Positions 13,065-23,548 of a DNA stretch of 64,000 nucleotides are shown here, piece after piece. The DNA is from an uncultured Candidatus Binatia bacterium. GTDB taxonomy: Bacteria > Desulfobacterota > Binatia > Bin18. The notes under the pieces are model-generated. The model searched no databases and was not told where the DNA came from. It was given only the letters and a program-made list of their open reading frames with translations. The position numbers and the translations under genes were made by a program. Every line of letters starts with the position of its first letter. Positions within the stretch are counted from its first letter, which is position 1. Location of the stretch: positions 128,001 through 192,000 of the forward strand of contig OZ243961.1 of the NCBI GenBank assembly GCA_965214605.1, written 5' to 3'.

Positions 13065-14015
13065 GATCCGTGTTCCCGGAAGCCTAGCGCCTTGAGGTTT
13101 TCGGCAATCGCCGCGTCGAGCCCGGCCCCCTCCGCCTGCTGTTCTCTCAACTGCGCGACCAGCCGTTGCATTGTGTCCTCGAACGGCTCGGCGGCGTCCT
13201 CCTGCGGCGCGGCGCCGACATAGCGATCGGAGGTGGGCCCATGGCCGTGCCGGCGTATCTCGTCGAGCGATGCGCTCTTGCGGAAGCTGGGCATATCCGC
13301 GTAGTCGGCCACGCCTTCCCCACCCCGCCAGGCATGGTAGGTGTCGGCGACGCGGGCGATGTCCTCGTCCCTCAGCCCGCGATGGTGCGGTCCATCATGC
13401 GGCCGCGCGGGCGGGCGTCGACGAACAGCACCGCGCCGCGGCGGTCGCGAAACCTGCCGCCGCCCCGGTCCCGCGCCACAAACCACAGGCGGGCCGGGAG
13501 CTGGGTCAAGTAGAAGAGCTGACCCGGCAGGGCGACCATCCAGTCCACCAAGCCCGCCTTGATCAAGGCCTTGCGGATCGCCCCCTCGCCGGACTGGGTG
13601 GACGATAGGGAACCGTTGGCCGCCACCAAGCCGGCCGTGCCGCCCGGTGACGGATGATGGACGATGTGTCGTACCTGGGCGAAGTTGGCCTTGCCCTTGG
13701 GCGGGGCGCCAGACTGCCCGCGCTTGTCGTCGGCGAGCCGCCCGCCGCCCCAGTCGGAGACGTTGAACGGCGGGGTGGCGAGGATGAAGTCGGCTTTGAG
13801 GGCGGGGTGGCGGGCGTTGTGGAAGCTGTCGTCGTGGGCGATCTGCCCCTCGATGCCGCCGATGGCGAGGTTCATCTTCGCGAGCCTCCAAGTGGTATAG
13901 TTCGACTCCCGGCCGTAAATCAAGATGTCGGCCCCGGCGCCCCTCGGGACTCTCCCGCCATTGCCGTTGCCGGCGGCATGCGCCCGGATGAACGCGACCG
14001 ACTGGACGAACATGC
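13061..14015 (-). pseudogene. hsdM: Type I R-M methyltransferase HsdM, 5'-truncated and frameshifted
   Basis: [34 protein letters not shown] (NPPF changed to TPPF), ALPGQLFY. C-terminal DIARVADTYHAWR...EPFEDTMQRL is in another frame. Confidence 0.9.
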
Positions 14016-14178
14016 TGGGAAGACGCCTAGGCCGGTCTGGGTTGGGATACGATTCTCGGAGCAACGATCTGCTGCGCAGGCGACCGGTATAGGGCCGCCT
14101 GAAGGGCCGCTTGCCGCCCGACAAAGCAATGTCCAATCAGGTCATCTGGGCTCTAAGACGGCTCCTGGACCGACGGCC

Positions 14179-15387
14179 TCAGGTCCAGGCACCCGAGTCG
14201 CTAGAGCGGTAACCGAGCGCCCGATACACCGCGTCCACCAAGCTCTGGCCACGCTCGTTGAGCGATGCGCCCGCACCCATCCGGTTCATCGTGTAACCAA
14301 AGGACATGCCAGCTTTTGGATCGGCAAAACCAAACGACCCTCCCGCACCAACATGACCAAAAGCCTCTTCAGAGGTCAACACGCTGTCCTGTACCCCCAT
14401 CGGCTCGCCACGATTGTCCATGGTTTTCATAAAACCTAGGGCGAACCGGGTCGGCATGATCAGCACCGCGTCTCGGCCGGTTGATGAGGACACCCGGCCC
14501 ATCTGAGCCAGCGTGTCGGCGTTAACCAGCTCGACTCCGCCTTTTTTGCCGCCCAGGGCAAGGGGTTCGTACATCCCGGCGAGTCCGCGGGCGTTGGTAA
14601 TACCGCCGGCGCCACCAATCTCCGCCGCGTGCGCCGCCCGCGTGTCATACTCTGGTTCGGCGCCCATATAGCCTCCAGAGTTGAGCAGTACAAGGGATTG
14701 AAGCGAGCCGGGGTTGGCGATTTCCCGGAAGAACAGGCTGTTCGGATCCGGCTCGGCCGCAATCATCGGCGCAACCCGTGCCTCTTTGTCCTCGGGCAAA
14801 CCAATCCAAAAGTCTAAACCGAGTGGATTGGCGATTTCGTCCCGAAAGAAACTCCCCAGCGATTTGCCGGACACCCGCCGAACGACCTCGCCAACTAACC
14901 ATCCAAAGGTCAGAGCGTGATAGCCGTTCCGAGTGCCAGGTTCCCAAAACGGTTCTTGTGTGGCCAGCGTATTGACCATGAGATCCCAGTCGGCGTAGGC
15001 TCCCTGGGGCAGGGGGTCGCGTACCGCCGGCAGACCGGCTTGGTGATTGAGCAACATTTTGACTGGAATATTTTCTTTGCCGGACTGGGCAAACTCCGGC
15101 CAGTACCGGGCCACCGGGGCATTGAGGTCGAGCTGACCCCGTGAGGCGAGGATATGGGCACAGATCGCTGTTGCCCCTTTTGTCGAGGAAAAGACAATGC
15201 TGACCGTGTCTTCATTCCAGGCCGCTCCGGTCTCGACGTTGGCCTTGCCGCCCCATAGATCAACAACGGTGTGGCCTTGGACGGTGACGCACACCGAGGC
15301 GCCAACCTCACCACGCTGTTCAAAATTGCGCTCAAACTCCTCACGGACGGCTTGAAACCTTGGCTCACAGCTTCCATGAACTTCCAT
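14179..15387 (-). CDS. Serine hydrolase, beta-lactamase/EstA family
   Basis: VDLWGG, FSSTK (SxxK), [25 protein letters not shown]. Confidence 0.93.
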   Translation of the reverse strand: MEVHGSCEPRFQAVREEFERNFEQRGEVGASVCVTVQGHTVVDLWGGKANVETGAAWNEDTVSIVFSSTKGATAICAHILASRGQLDLNAPVARYWPEFAQSGKENIPVKMLLNHQAGLPAVRDPLPQGAYADWDLMVNTLATQEPFWEPGTRNGYHALTFGWLVGEVVRRVSGKSLGSFFRDEIANPLGLDFWIGLPEDKEARVAPMIAAEPDPNSLFFREIANPGSLQSLVLLNSGGYMGAEPEYDTRAAHAAEIGGAGGITNARGLAGMYEPLALGGKKGGVELVNADTLAQMGRVSSSTGRDAVLIMPTRFALGFMKTMDNRGEPMGVQDSVLTSEEAFGHVGAGGSFGFADPKAGMSFGYTMNRMGAGASLNERGQSLVDAVYRALGYRSSDSGAWT

Positions 15388-15432
15388 TCTTTCCTCCTTA
15401 ACTCAGCACAGAGTCCCGCTGACGGGAACGTG

Positions 15433-16455
15433 TCAGACATTCTGCTCTTCTTGACCCTCACGGGTATACTGCCGAACGAGCTTGTCCAGCAAATCCTGTC
15501 CGGCACTGACCGGAGCATAGCGGGCCGGATGGGCACGGTCGACGAGTGTCTCAAACGGGGCAATCACGGTGTCGTAGTTAGCGGTCAGGAAAAACGCGAT
15601 GGCTTGGCGGCGGGCCGCCGGGTCGGTCGGCACTAAGACACGGTGCTGGGTTGAGACCCATCTGTTGTTGGTCCACTGTTCCATCATATCGCCGATATTG
15701 ATCTGAATACCGTCCGGCACATAGGGGACGTCTTCCCACTCGCCCGCCCGTGTCTTGACCTGTAGTCCTGGACCGTCGGCAGTCACTAGGGTGAGCGTAC
15801 CGTAGTCGCTGTGTGGGCCAATCCGGAACTGGTTGGAACGCGGTGGCGTGGTGAGGGCAGGGTAATCCAGCACGCGGAGGAAATTCATGCTCTTATCGAG
15901 TTTGTCGGCAAAATAGTGTTGGGGTAAATCCAAGGCCAGGGCAAAGATCTCCATGAGGCTCAGGGCTAAGGCTTCGCCCGCGGCAGAGTACTCGGTCAAT
16001 ATCGACCGGAACCGGGCGGGGCGGCCGGGCCAGATGTTCGGCTGAAACATCTGGCGGCCGGTTTCACAGCTGTAATACGGGTCGCGTTCATCAACGTCCA
16101 TGCGACCCATGGTAAAATTTGCTTTCAGGTCTGGGGCCGACTCGTCATGGTGGGCGTAGGCAACCCGCTCTGCCCCGACCGGATTATAGCCCATAAAGCT
16201 GTGAGGAACCTCGCAGTAGCGAAGCTTTTCGTCTTCCGGCAGATCGAAAAACTCTCGGGCGATCTGTAGGGTACGGGCTTGAAGATCGGGCGCGATGCCG
16301 TGTCCGGTAATGACAAAAAACCCAATGGTTTCAAGCGCCTGTCTGACCTGCTCAATAACGGCGTGCCGACCGTTATCGGGCCGGGGCGACCCGTGCGTTG
16401 CCCCAGCACGAAATAGGGCGATGTCAATAACCGGAACCGTCTCGGATGATCCCAT
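15433..16455 (-). CDS. 2OG-Fe(II) oxygenase, isopenicillin N synthase-like family
   Basis: VPVIDI, GFFVITGHGI, PHSDYGTLTL (HxD), NIGDMMEQWTN, STQHRV. Confidence 0.92.
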   Translation of the reverse strand: MGSSETVPVIDIALFRAGATHGSPRPDNGRHAVIEQVRQALETIGFFVITGHGIAPDLQARTLQIAREFFDLPEDEKLRYCEVPHSFMGYNPVGAERVAYAHHDESAPDLKANFTMGRMDVDERDPYYSCETGRQMFQPNIWPGRPARFRSILTEYSAAGEALALSLMEIFALALDLPQHYFADKLDKSMNFLRVLDYPALTTPPRSNQFRIGPHSDYGTLTLVTADGPGLQVKTRAGEWEDVPYVPDGIQINIGDMMEQWTNNRWVSTQHRVLVPTDPAARRQAIAFFLTANYDTVIAPFETLVDRAHPARYAPVSAGQDLLDKLVRQYTREGQEEQNV

Positions 16456-16481
16456 CGCTAGACCTCCTGTGTCTCAAGATG

Positions 16482-16895
16482 TTAGCGCCACTCGTAGATT
16501 TGGCCGCTGATTTCCATGGTCGAGAAATTCCCCAAGCCTTCAAAGCCGGCTATAGTGGTATTGAGCCAGGCGTAGGTTTGAGAGCGGGTCCTGAACTTGA
16601 CTGTTGTGCCGAAGCGGACCCGTCCGTCCCCGAGCGGCACGCTCATCCCCCCCGATTCGACCAGAATTGTCTCGCCCTGTTTGGTCGTCCAGATGCCGTA
16701 GTATTTTGTAGTGCTTGTCCCGTCCGGGTGGATCTGGACATAGTTGCTGCCGATTGCCGAGGTGTGCAGCCGGCCGGTCGAGGTTCCCGTCTGGGTGACC
16801 TCGTATTTGGCCCCAAACTCGGTGCCCTCAAACGGTAAGACTTTGACCGAAGTGATGGTGCCGGTGTACTCGCACAGTAATTCTCCAAGCGGCAT
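16482..16895 (-). CDS. Hypothetical beta-barrel protein (DUF3237-like)
   Basis: Beta-strand-rich 137 aa with a FRTRSQTYAWLN motif; GGGAGGG RBS; co-oriented with the two downstream genes. Confidence 0.7.
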   Translation of the reverse strand: MPLGELLCEYTGTITSVKVLPFEGTEFGAKYEVTQTGTSTGRLHTSAIGSNYVQIHPDGTSTTKYYGIWTTKQGETILVESGGMSVPLGDGRVRFGTTVKFRTRSQTYAWLNTTIAGFEGLGNFSTMEISGQIYEWR

Positions 16896-17034
16896 AGTCC
16901 GGGCCCCTCCCTATCCTAGGCCATACCACACTCCTGTCACGGCGGCAAAGCCGCTCCCCGCACTAGCCTTGCGTCGCTGGACGCTGTAGCCTGTTATCAC
17001 CTCTCCAGTGAGGACGCAGACGGCACGGTGATCT

Positions 17035-17655
17035 ATGAGCAATCCCCCTAATACAATCGTCTTCCGCCCTATGGTGGCCGCCGATGTCGGCACGGTGCCC
17101 ATCACCCACCAGGGCGAACTCGAAGAGGTGCGTCAGCGCATTGGTGATATCGGTTCCAGTGCGATTCTAGCGTTTGACGGCTCGCAACACGTCGGCCAAC
17201 TCCAGTTTCGCCGCTATGTCCCCGGTACCCGCTCGCCCCAGGGTTTGTGGCATCCCCTGTACTGGGCCGATTTTGGAGACCGGGGTGTAGGTTTGCCTGA
17301 ACAAACCTTGGCCGTATTTTGCTACCATGTGGGCCAGCTTGATGACACGGATGACAGAGACCCTCGTTATCAGGGCCGCGGCATTGGGCTCCGTCTGCTT
17401 GATGTCCTGCTTGACTGGGCGACTCGGGCCGGGTTTGAGGCGCTGGTGGCCAAAGCGGTTCCGGCTCCCCGTTCTATCATGGCTTTCATGGGCGGCCAAA
17501 CCACCCAAGCCTACCAGGGGCGCGGTTTTCAGCCGGTGGCCAGTTGGGTTGATGCCGAACTCAAAACGCTCGTTATTGACAGAGGGCTCGTCCCGTCTGG
17601 TATGAGCCCCGACGAGGCCGCTCGGGTGAGCTGTGTAGTGCGGCGTTTAGGCTAG
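17035..17655 (+). CDS. GNAT-family N-acetyltransferase
   Basis: Acetyl-CoA motif PRYQGRGIGLRLL and YQGRGF. Confidence 0.8.
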   Translation: MSNPPNTIVFRPMVAADVGTVPITHQGELEEVRQRIGDIGSSAILAFDGSQHVGQLQFRRYVPGTRSPQGLWHPLYWADFGDRGVGLPEQTLAVFCYHVGQLDDTDDRDPRYQGRGIGLRLLDVLLDWATRAGFEALVAKAVPAPRSIMAFMGGQTTQAYQGRGFQPVASWVDAELKTLVIDRGLVPSGMSPDEAARVSCVVRRLG

Positions 17656-17850
17656 GCTTGAGCGGTCGTGGTCATGGGGGTTTTAAGTGCGACGTCAAGT
17701 GAAATGACCGTGGGAGCCCGCAGTGCTGAGCGGTCCCGCAAAAAAGTCGCCTGGGGTGGGTCAGCCGCTCGTCTTGAGTCGGGCGCTTGCGTGCCATGAG
17801 AGAAGATGGCACTTATCTTAGCCTCAACATCGCACAGGAGGAATGCTCGT

Positions 17851-19038
17851 ATGAGAGAAGCTGCCATCGTCTCTACCGCCCGGACCCCAATCGGAAAAGC
17901 GTATCGTGGGGCGTTCAATGATACCTCAGCACCGACCATGGCCGCCCCGGTCATCAAAGAAGCCCTCAAACGGGCGAAGGTCGAACCGAGTGAAGTCGAC
18001 GACCTCATTATGGGGGCGGCTCTGCAGGAAGGCACTCAGGGGTTTAATGTCGCTCGCCAGTGCGCTCTAGCGGCCGGACTGCCAGTCAGTGTTTCGGGCC
18101 AGACAATCGACCGCCAGTGTTCTTCAGGTCTGATGAGCGTCTCAATGGCGGCCAAGCAGATCATTGCCGATGGCATGCAGACCGTCCTAGCGGGTGGTAT
18201 TGAGTCAATCAGCCTGGTACAGAACGAACATCAGAACGTCTACCGGAGCGCCGACACCATTGCCCTGGCCAATGCGCCTGACCTGTACATGGCGATGATT
18301 GATACGGCCGAGGTGGTCTCCAAGCGCTACAACATCTCGCGTGAAGCGCAGGACGAGTACGCCCTCCAGAGCCAGATGCGGACGGCCGAGGCACAGCAGG
18401 CTGGGCGTTTTGACGACGAGATTATCCCCGTCAGCGTGACCAAGCTGTTTACCGATAAGGAGACCAGAGAACAGACCCGCCAAGAGGTCACCATCGGCCG
18501 AGACGAGTGTAACCGGCCGTCCACCACCGCGTCGGGCCTGGCAGCGCTGCCGCCGGTCATGGGCGAGGGGGGCTTTATTACGGCCGGCAACGCCAGCCAG
18601 CTGTCAGACGGCACCTCGGCCTGTGTGCTCATGGAACGTCAATATGCCCAGGAACGCGGTCTTGAACCGCTGGGCATGTATCGCGGTATGGCCGTGGCCG
18701 GGTGTGAGCCCGACGAAATGGGCATTGGCCCGATCTTTGCCGTGCCCAAGCTGCTCGAACGCAACGGGCTCACCATGGACGATATTGACCTGTGGGAGCT
18801 GAACGAAGCCTTTGCCTGTCAGGTCATTTACTGCCGTGACCAACTCGGTATTCCTAACGACAAGCTGAACGTGAACGGTGGTGCGATCTCGATCGGGCAT
18901 CCGTACGGTATGAGTGGCTCCCGCATGGTTGGACATGCCCTGATCGAGGGCCGACGGCGTGGGGCACGCTACGTCGTTATCACGATGTGTGTCGGTGGCG
19001 GTATGGGTGCGGCTGGTCTGTTTGAGGTGGCCTTATGA
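17851..19038 (+). CDS. Acetyl-CoA C-acyltransferase (thiolase)
   Basis: [37 protein letters not shown]; AGGAGG RBS. Confidence 0.96.
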   Translation: MREAAIVSTARTPIGKAYRGAFNDTSAPTMAAPVIKEALKRAKVEPSEVDDLIMGAALQEGTQGFNVARQCALAAGLPVSVSGQTIDRQCSSGLMSVSMAAKQIIADGMQTVLAGGIESISLVQNEHQNVYRSADTIALANAPDLYMAMIDTAEVVSKRYNISREAQDEYALQSQMRTAEAQQAGRFDDEIIPVSVTKLFTDKETREQTRQEVTIGRDECNRPSTTASGLAALPPVMGEGGFITAGNASQLSDGTSACVLMERQYAQERGLEPLGMYRGMAVAGCEPDEMGIGPIFAVPKLLERNGLTMDDIDLWELNEAFACQVIYCRDQLGIPNDKLNVNGGAISIGHPYGMSGSRMVGHALIEGRRRGARYVVITMCVGGGMGAAGLFEVAL

Positions 19039-19224
19039 TTATGCCCCTGAACAAAGGACGCGTCTCTTGCCGACGGGCAGCTGAAGCCCCGTGAGCTGCC
19101 TTATGAAGAAGACTCCTTGGCGTTCCCTCTGGCAGCAAGACCATTGACCCACGCCAGCCCAAAGAGGGTCATAGGGGAGTGGGCACCGTCTCTTGGTGTC
19201 AGGTGAGTTTTTAACCCTGAGCCG

Positions 19225-19257
19225 ATAAGCCGAAGATTTTCTTCGGCTTATTTTTTT
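19225..19257 (+). terminator. Rho-independent terminator
   Basis: Perfect 12-bp stem ATAAGCCGAAGA-ttt-TCTTCGGCTTAT followed by a T run. Confidence 0.85.
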
Positions 19258-19996
19258 ATCGGGTGGTTTTCTTGGAGGTCTGCCTATATCGGCGAGCAAT
19301 TTTCATCGCTAGATATGTCGATGTGTTGACATAAAGAATGAGGAGTCCGGGTGGACTATCCCAAAATTCGTCAATGGGATAGCCACGGCCATTGCAACCA
19401 AAACGTCGCCTGGGCTGGATTTATTCCGGACGCATCACCGCGACGGCCTCCCTTGTAGAGCAGTCCTCTCAGCGACCCTGAAAAGGACCGTTAGGCAAAC
19501 ACTTGTTCCTCAACAGGCTCATATTGAACGTTTTCGGCGAAGAGAAGGCCGGGGAAGCGATAAGCGCGTCCAGTACGAGTATTGGCCCGGCCTCGACTGC
19601 TTACCACGCTCATGCTTCTCCGCTGGATTCTCCCTCAGTTCCAGGCCATCACCCCAGGACCGCTCCTTGGACGATTGAGTACTTTCTGCTTTGTCTTGCC
19701 CGGCAAATTTCTCCCTCTTGGCTCTCTTAGGAATAGCGGACGAGAGCTGTCCTAGAGATGAGAATTTTTCTAGTCGGATGGCTTGCCTGTAGGCTGTATT
19801 TCTCTATCCGCTCGGACCTTCTCTCTCTTAGAGGCTGCCACACTTGCTGTCCTATTGCTTAGGAGAGCTCTCCAGTACGACATCTCTGGCAGTTTTTCGA
19901 GGTCTGGCACTGGCTGAGGGGGGATTTCATGCTCTTGACAGGACTCATGGGTGTCTGCTCCTGTGGGAGCAAACGTTTCTCAAAGGGGGAGCAGGT

Positions 19997-21118
19997 ATGC
20001 GATTCATCGACGGTGATGGGCATTTTATCGAACCATTGGACGTATTTGAGCGGTATACGGATCGAGCCTTCCGCGAGCGGACTATGCGGATGGGGGAAGA
20101 CGCCGAGGGGATCAAGCGGCTCATTGTCGATGGCAAACCCATGCAGACGATTGATGTAGACGAGCTGCTAGCAGCAGTCGTCGGCTACGGCCAGAAAGAG
20201 GCCGGCAAGGACTTGTCCACTTTTGACCGCTACTTGGGGTACTCCGATGCCTGGCAAGATATGGGCAAGCGCGTCACCTATTTAAACGAAGAGGGCTTTG
20301 ATTACCAAGTCATCTATCCGACCCTAGGTCTGTTCTGGGAGGGACAGGTCGAAGACCCGTATTTGGCCGATGCCCTGTGTCGCGCCTATAATACCTGGGC
20401 CTTTGAAATATGCGCCGGCCGCCTTGACCGCCTTATTCCGGCCGCCCATATCTCACTGCGCGACCCAGACTTGGCCGTCCGCGAAATGGAACGGGTGGCC
20501 AAGCTCGGGTGTCGGACGATCTTTATTGCGGCCGCTCCGATCAACGGCAAAAGCTTTGGGCATCCGGATTTTGATCCGGCCTGGGCCACTGCCCAGAGCC
20601 TAGACCTCAGTATCGGCCTCCACCTGGTCATCCACGGGAAATACACCGGCAGTGAGTATTACGAAGGGGTGAATCCGGGCTTCATGTACGTAACCATGAA
20701 CATTATCCAGGACCCGCGTCAGGCCCTGACCACGCTGGTGTATGACGGGGTGTTCGAGCGTTTTCCCAAACTGCGCGTGGCCACTATTGAAGCCATGGTC
20801 GGCTGGGTCGGCGAATGGCTGGAGCGGCTCGATTATCGCTTCAAGTACATGGGCCACACTTCGCAGATGAAGCGACCGGCGAGCGAATATCTGGCCCGCA
20901 ATATCTGGATCAATGGGGACCCGGAAGAGAAGATGTTTCCTTTGATGGTGCAGTTTCTGGGCGACGACCGCTTTTTTACCGGCTCGGACTATCCCCACGC
21001 GGAAGGCTTTGTGCAGCCGATTCAGAAAATCCGCAAGGTGCTGTCGTCACTGCCGACCGCGTCGGTGGATAAGGTCTTGGGCGATAACGGGAGGAAGTTC
21101 TACGGGATTCGTTCCTAG
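19997..21118 (+). CDS. Amidohydrolase_2-family protein
   Basis: IDGDGHFIEP, VIYPTLG, RAYNTW, FERFPKLR, GSDYPHAEG. Confidence 0.92.
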   Translation: MRFIDGDGHFIEPLDVFERYTDRAFRERTMRMGEDAEGIKRLIVDGKPMQTIDVDELLAAVVGYGQKEAGKDLSTFDRYLGYSDAWQDMGKRVTYLNEEGFDYQVIYPTLGLFWEGQVEDPYLADALCRAYNTWAFEICAGRLDRLIPAAHISLRDPDLAVREMERVAKLGCRTIFIAAAPINGKSFGHPDFDPAWATAQSLDLSIGLHLVIHGKYTGSEYYEGVNPGFMYVTMNIIQDPRQALTTLVYDGVFERFPKLRVATIEAMVGWVGEWLERLDYRFKYMGHTSQMKRPASEYLARNIWINGDPEEKMFPLMVQFLGDDRFFTGSDYPHAEGFVQPIQKIRKVLSSLPTASVDKVLGDNGRKFYGIRS

Positions 21119-21154
21119 CACCCGCTCCAAGCGGCTGTTTGAAGACGCCCGCTC

Positions 21155-22180
21155 TCAGTTCGCTCGGGGCCACATCGCCGCTCCCGATGTGGCCAGCCAC
21201 TTCACTAAAGCCGCGCTGACCTCGACCGGCTTCTCTTGCGCCATCCAGTGTCCTGTTCGCAGCGTGACCTCGGTGAGATTGCGACAGTAGTGGCGCATGG
21301 GTTCGGCAAGCCGGGAGTGCGTGCACTCACACACATAGTCGTAGCGAGCATTCAGAAATAAGACCGGCAGGTCGAGGTAGCCGTCGTTCTGAGCGGTCAG
21401 GGCGTAGGCCGCGTTGGCCGCGTGGTTCATATACCACGAACTGGGTCCAAAAAAGCCGTTGCGCTCCAGGGCTGAGACATAGCTGCTCAACTCTTCGGCG
21501 CTGACAATATCGTCATCCCGGGGCAGATCAGGAATCTCTTGCCGGCCAATCATGCCGCGCTCACGCCGCGCCGTTGCCGTCATCGCCCGTTGCCCCTCGC
21601 CATCCGGGTTGCCTTTGCGAAACAGCAGTTTGACAAAGGCCGAGACATTGGCGTCCATGGGGGCGATTGCTTCATCAAAGCTCTCTTCATAGTAGCGCAT
21701 ATAGTCCCATTGAGCGGCCGGGAATTCGTCCTCGGGATACAGCTCGCGGTCGGCCAAACTCAGGGTATGAGCCAGCCCCCGCTCAAGTGTGTAGTAGGGC
21801 ACACAGAGATTTGAGACCGCGTGGCAACGATCCGGGTGGTGGCTGGCGAGGTTCCACACCACCGGACTTCCCCAATCGTGGCCGACCCACACCGCTTTGT
21901 CCGTGCCTAAGGAGTCCAGCAGGCCAAGCATGTCGCCAACGATCTTCTCCTGGGCGTAGTCATTGTGCTGGGTATACACGGATGAGCGCCCATAGCCGCG
22001 CATATCCGGGGCAATAGCGCGAAAGCCCAGCGCGGCAAGGACGGGCAGCTGATGGCGCCAGCTAATCGAGAGTTCCGGCCAGCCGTGGACAAAGATGATC
22101 ACCGGACCGTCTTCAGGACCGGCGGCGAGATAGAATGTTGTATGGGTGTCCGTTTTGACCGTGTGTTCGGTGATTGCCAT
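21155..22180 (-). CDS. Alpha/beta hydrolase, epoxide hydrolase type
   Basis: HGWPE, PDMRGYG, VGHDWGS (Asp nucleophile), GHWMAQE. Confidence 0.92.
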   Translation of the reverse strand: MAITEHTVKTDTHTTFYLAAGPEDGPVIIFVHGWPELSISWRHQLPVLAALGFRAIAPDMRGYGRSSVYTQHNDYAQEKIVGDMLGLLDSLGTDKAVWVGHDWGSPVVWNLASHHPDRCHAVSNLCVPYYTLERGLAHTLSLADRELYPEDEFPAAQWDYMRYYEESFDEAIAPMDANVSAFVKLLFRKGNPDGEGQRAMTATARRERGMIGRQEIPDLPRDDDIVSAEELSSYVSALERNGFFGPSSWYMNHAANAAYALTAQNDGYLDLPVLFLNARYDYVCECTHSRLAEPMRHYCRNLTEVTLRTGHWMAQEKPVEVSAALVKWLATSGAAMWPRAN

Positions 22181-22203
22181 GTTTTGTCTCCTTGGTGAAA
22201 AGC

Positions 22204-23397
22204 TCAAAAGAGCGCGCCACCCTTTAACTCCTGCCCTAATAACAGCCGCCCATAGGACTCGAGTTTGCCGTCGAGATCAAAGACAAAGTGACACGCCAAG
22301 GTGTTTAGGTCGCGTTGCGTACGCTGTAGCGGATTGTTCTGAAAATGGACGTGCGCGCCGCTCGCTTCGACGATGTCTTGAACAATTTTTTTACACTGCT
22401 GGACGGCCAGCGCCAGCTGGGTGGCCCAGCGAGCCCGGTCTTCAAGCGTGGCCGTGTTGCGCTTGGTGCATATGTCTTCAACTAAATGCCGCAGCAGCAG
22501 CTCGGTCTCACACACCTCGATTTCGGCTCGGGCGAGCCGCATCTGTGAGGCAGGCCGCTCGGCCTGTTTGTTGGTGTCGAGCAACACTCGCTCGGTCAGC
22601 CGTTCTCGAAACAGCCGGAGCGCCGTTTTCGCCTGGCCCAGGGCGGGCATGGTCGCGGCCAGGGTTAGGATCGGCATCATTGGTGTCCGGTACAGCGGAC
22701 CGGCATGGATGCGGGAGCCAGGCCCATGGCCGCTCATCATCTCCCGCATTGACACCGCCCGCTCTTCAGGGATGAAGACGTTATCAATGACCACATCGTT
22801 GCTCCCCGTGCCGATCATGCCATCGACATACCAGGTGTCTTCCACCCTGACCTCAGAGACCGGCAAGGCGAACCAGCGCGGCTCGGGTCGGCCGTCAGGC
22901 CGTATCTCAGTGGCAGCCGGGATCACCCAGTCGCCGTGCATCACGCCCGTCCCCCATTGCCAGCGGCCGTTAATACGAAATCCGCCCTTTTCCGGACTGA
23001 CCGTGGCGGTCGGCGAAATCATGGCCGGGGCAAGAACGTAGGTGCGCGTGGCAAACAGATCTTTTTGAAACGACTCGGGAAACTGGCTAAAGATCCAGTT
23101 GTGCTCAATGTAAAAATTAGACACCCAGGCGGTTGAGGCGTCACCCTCGCCCAGGGCCACCCCTACATCGAAGAAGGTATCCATATCCAGCTCCAGCCCA
23201 CCGTAGCATTTAGGCACCATCAGCTTGTAAATCTCGGCCTTCTCTATGGCGTTGATAACGCTATCGACCGGCTTACGCTGCCGTTCGGCTTCGGCCGCGT
23301 GTTCGGCCAGCAGCGGAATCAGGGCTCGGGCACGTTTGACTAGCTCCGGACCGGTTGGAGAGGACGGATGGGTATCGTGGCGTCCGGCTGTTGACAT
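22204..23397 (-). CDS. Flavin-dependent monooxygenase, acyl-CoA dehydrogenase fold (HsaA/HpaB-like)
   Basis: GDASTAW, GRWQWGTG, DTWYVDGMIGTGSND, NPLQRTQRD. Confidence 0.88.
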   Translation of the reverse strand: MSTAGRHDTHPSSPTGPELVKRARALIPLLAEHAAEAERQRKPVDSVINAIEKAEIYKLMVPKCYGGLELDMDTFFDVGVALGEGDASTAWVSNFYIEHNWIFSQFPESFQKDLFATRTYVLAPAMISPTATVSPEKGGFRINGRWQWGTGVMHGDWVIPAATEIRPDGRPEPRWFALPVSEVRVEDTWYVDGMIGTGSNDVVIDNVFIPEERAVSMREMMSGHGPGSRIHAGPLYRTPMMPILTLAATMPALGQAKTALRLFRERLTERVLLDTNKQAERPASQMRLARAEIEVCETELLLRHLVEDICTKRNTATLEDRARWATQLALAVQQCKKIVQDIVEASGAHVHFQNNPLQRTQRDLNTLACHFVFDLDGKLESYGRLLLGQELKGGALF

Positions 23398-23548
23398 GAG
23401 TCTGTCCTTTCCCTTGACAGGGTGGTCGTGTAGGTTGTCTATATACCATCAGGCTCGGGCGTACGCCTAGCCCTCAGGAGTTTTCTTGGTGAAGGGTTTG
23501 GCCTAGAATACACGGCCCGTTGTCTGAGAGGATGCAAGGAGGAACGGC

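Noticed and set aside
14020-14140. [13 protein letters not shown] peptide reminiscent of IS5 transposases at the island edge
   Set aside because: Too short to distinguish from chance.
14179-16455. Beta-lactam biosynthesis/resistance cluster (IPNS-like + beta-lactamase-like)
   Set aside because: No ACV synthetase or NRPS; both families are broad and usually unrelated to beta-lactams.
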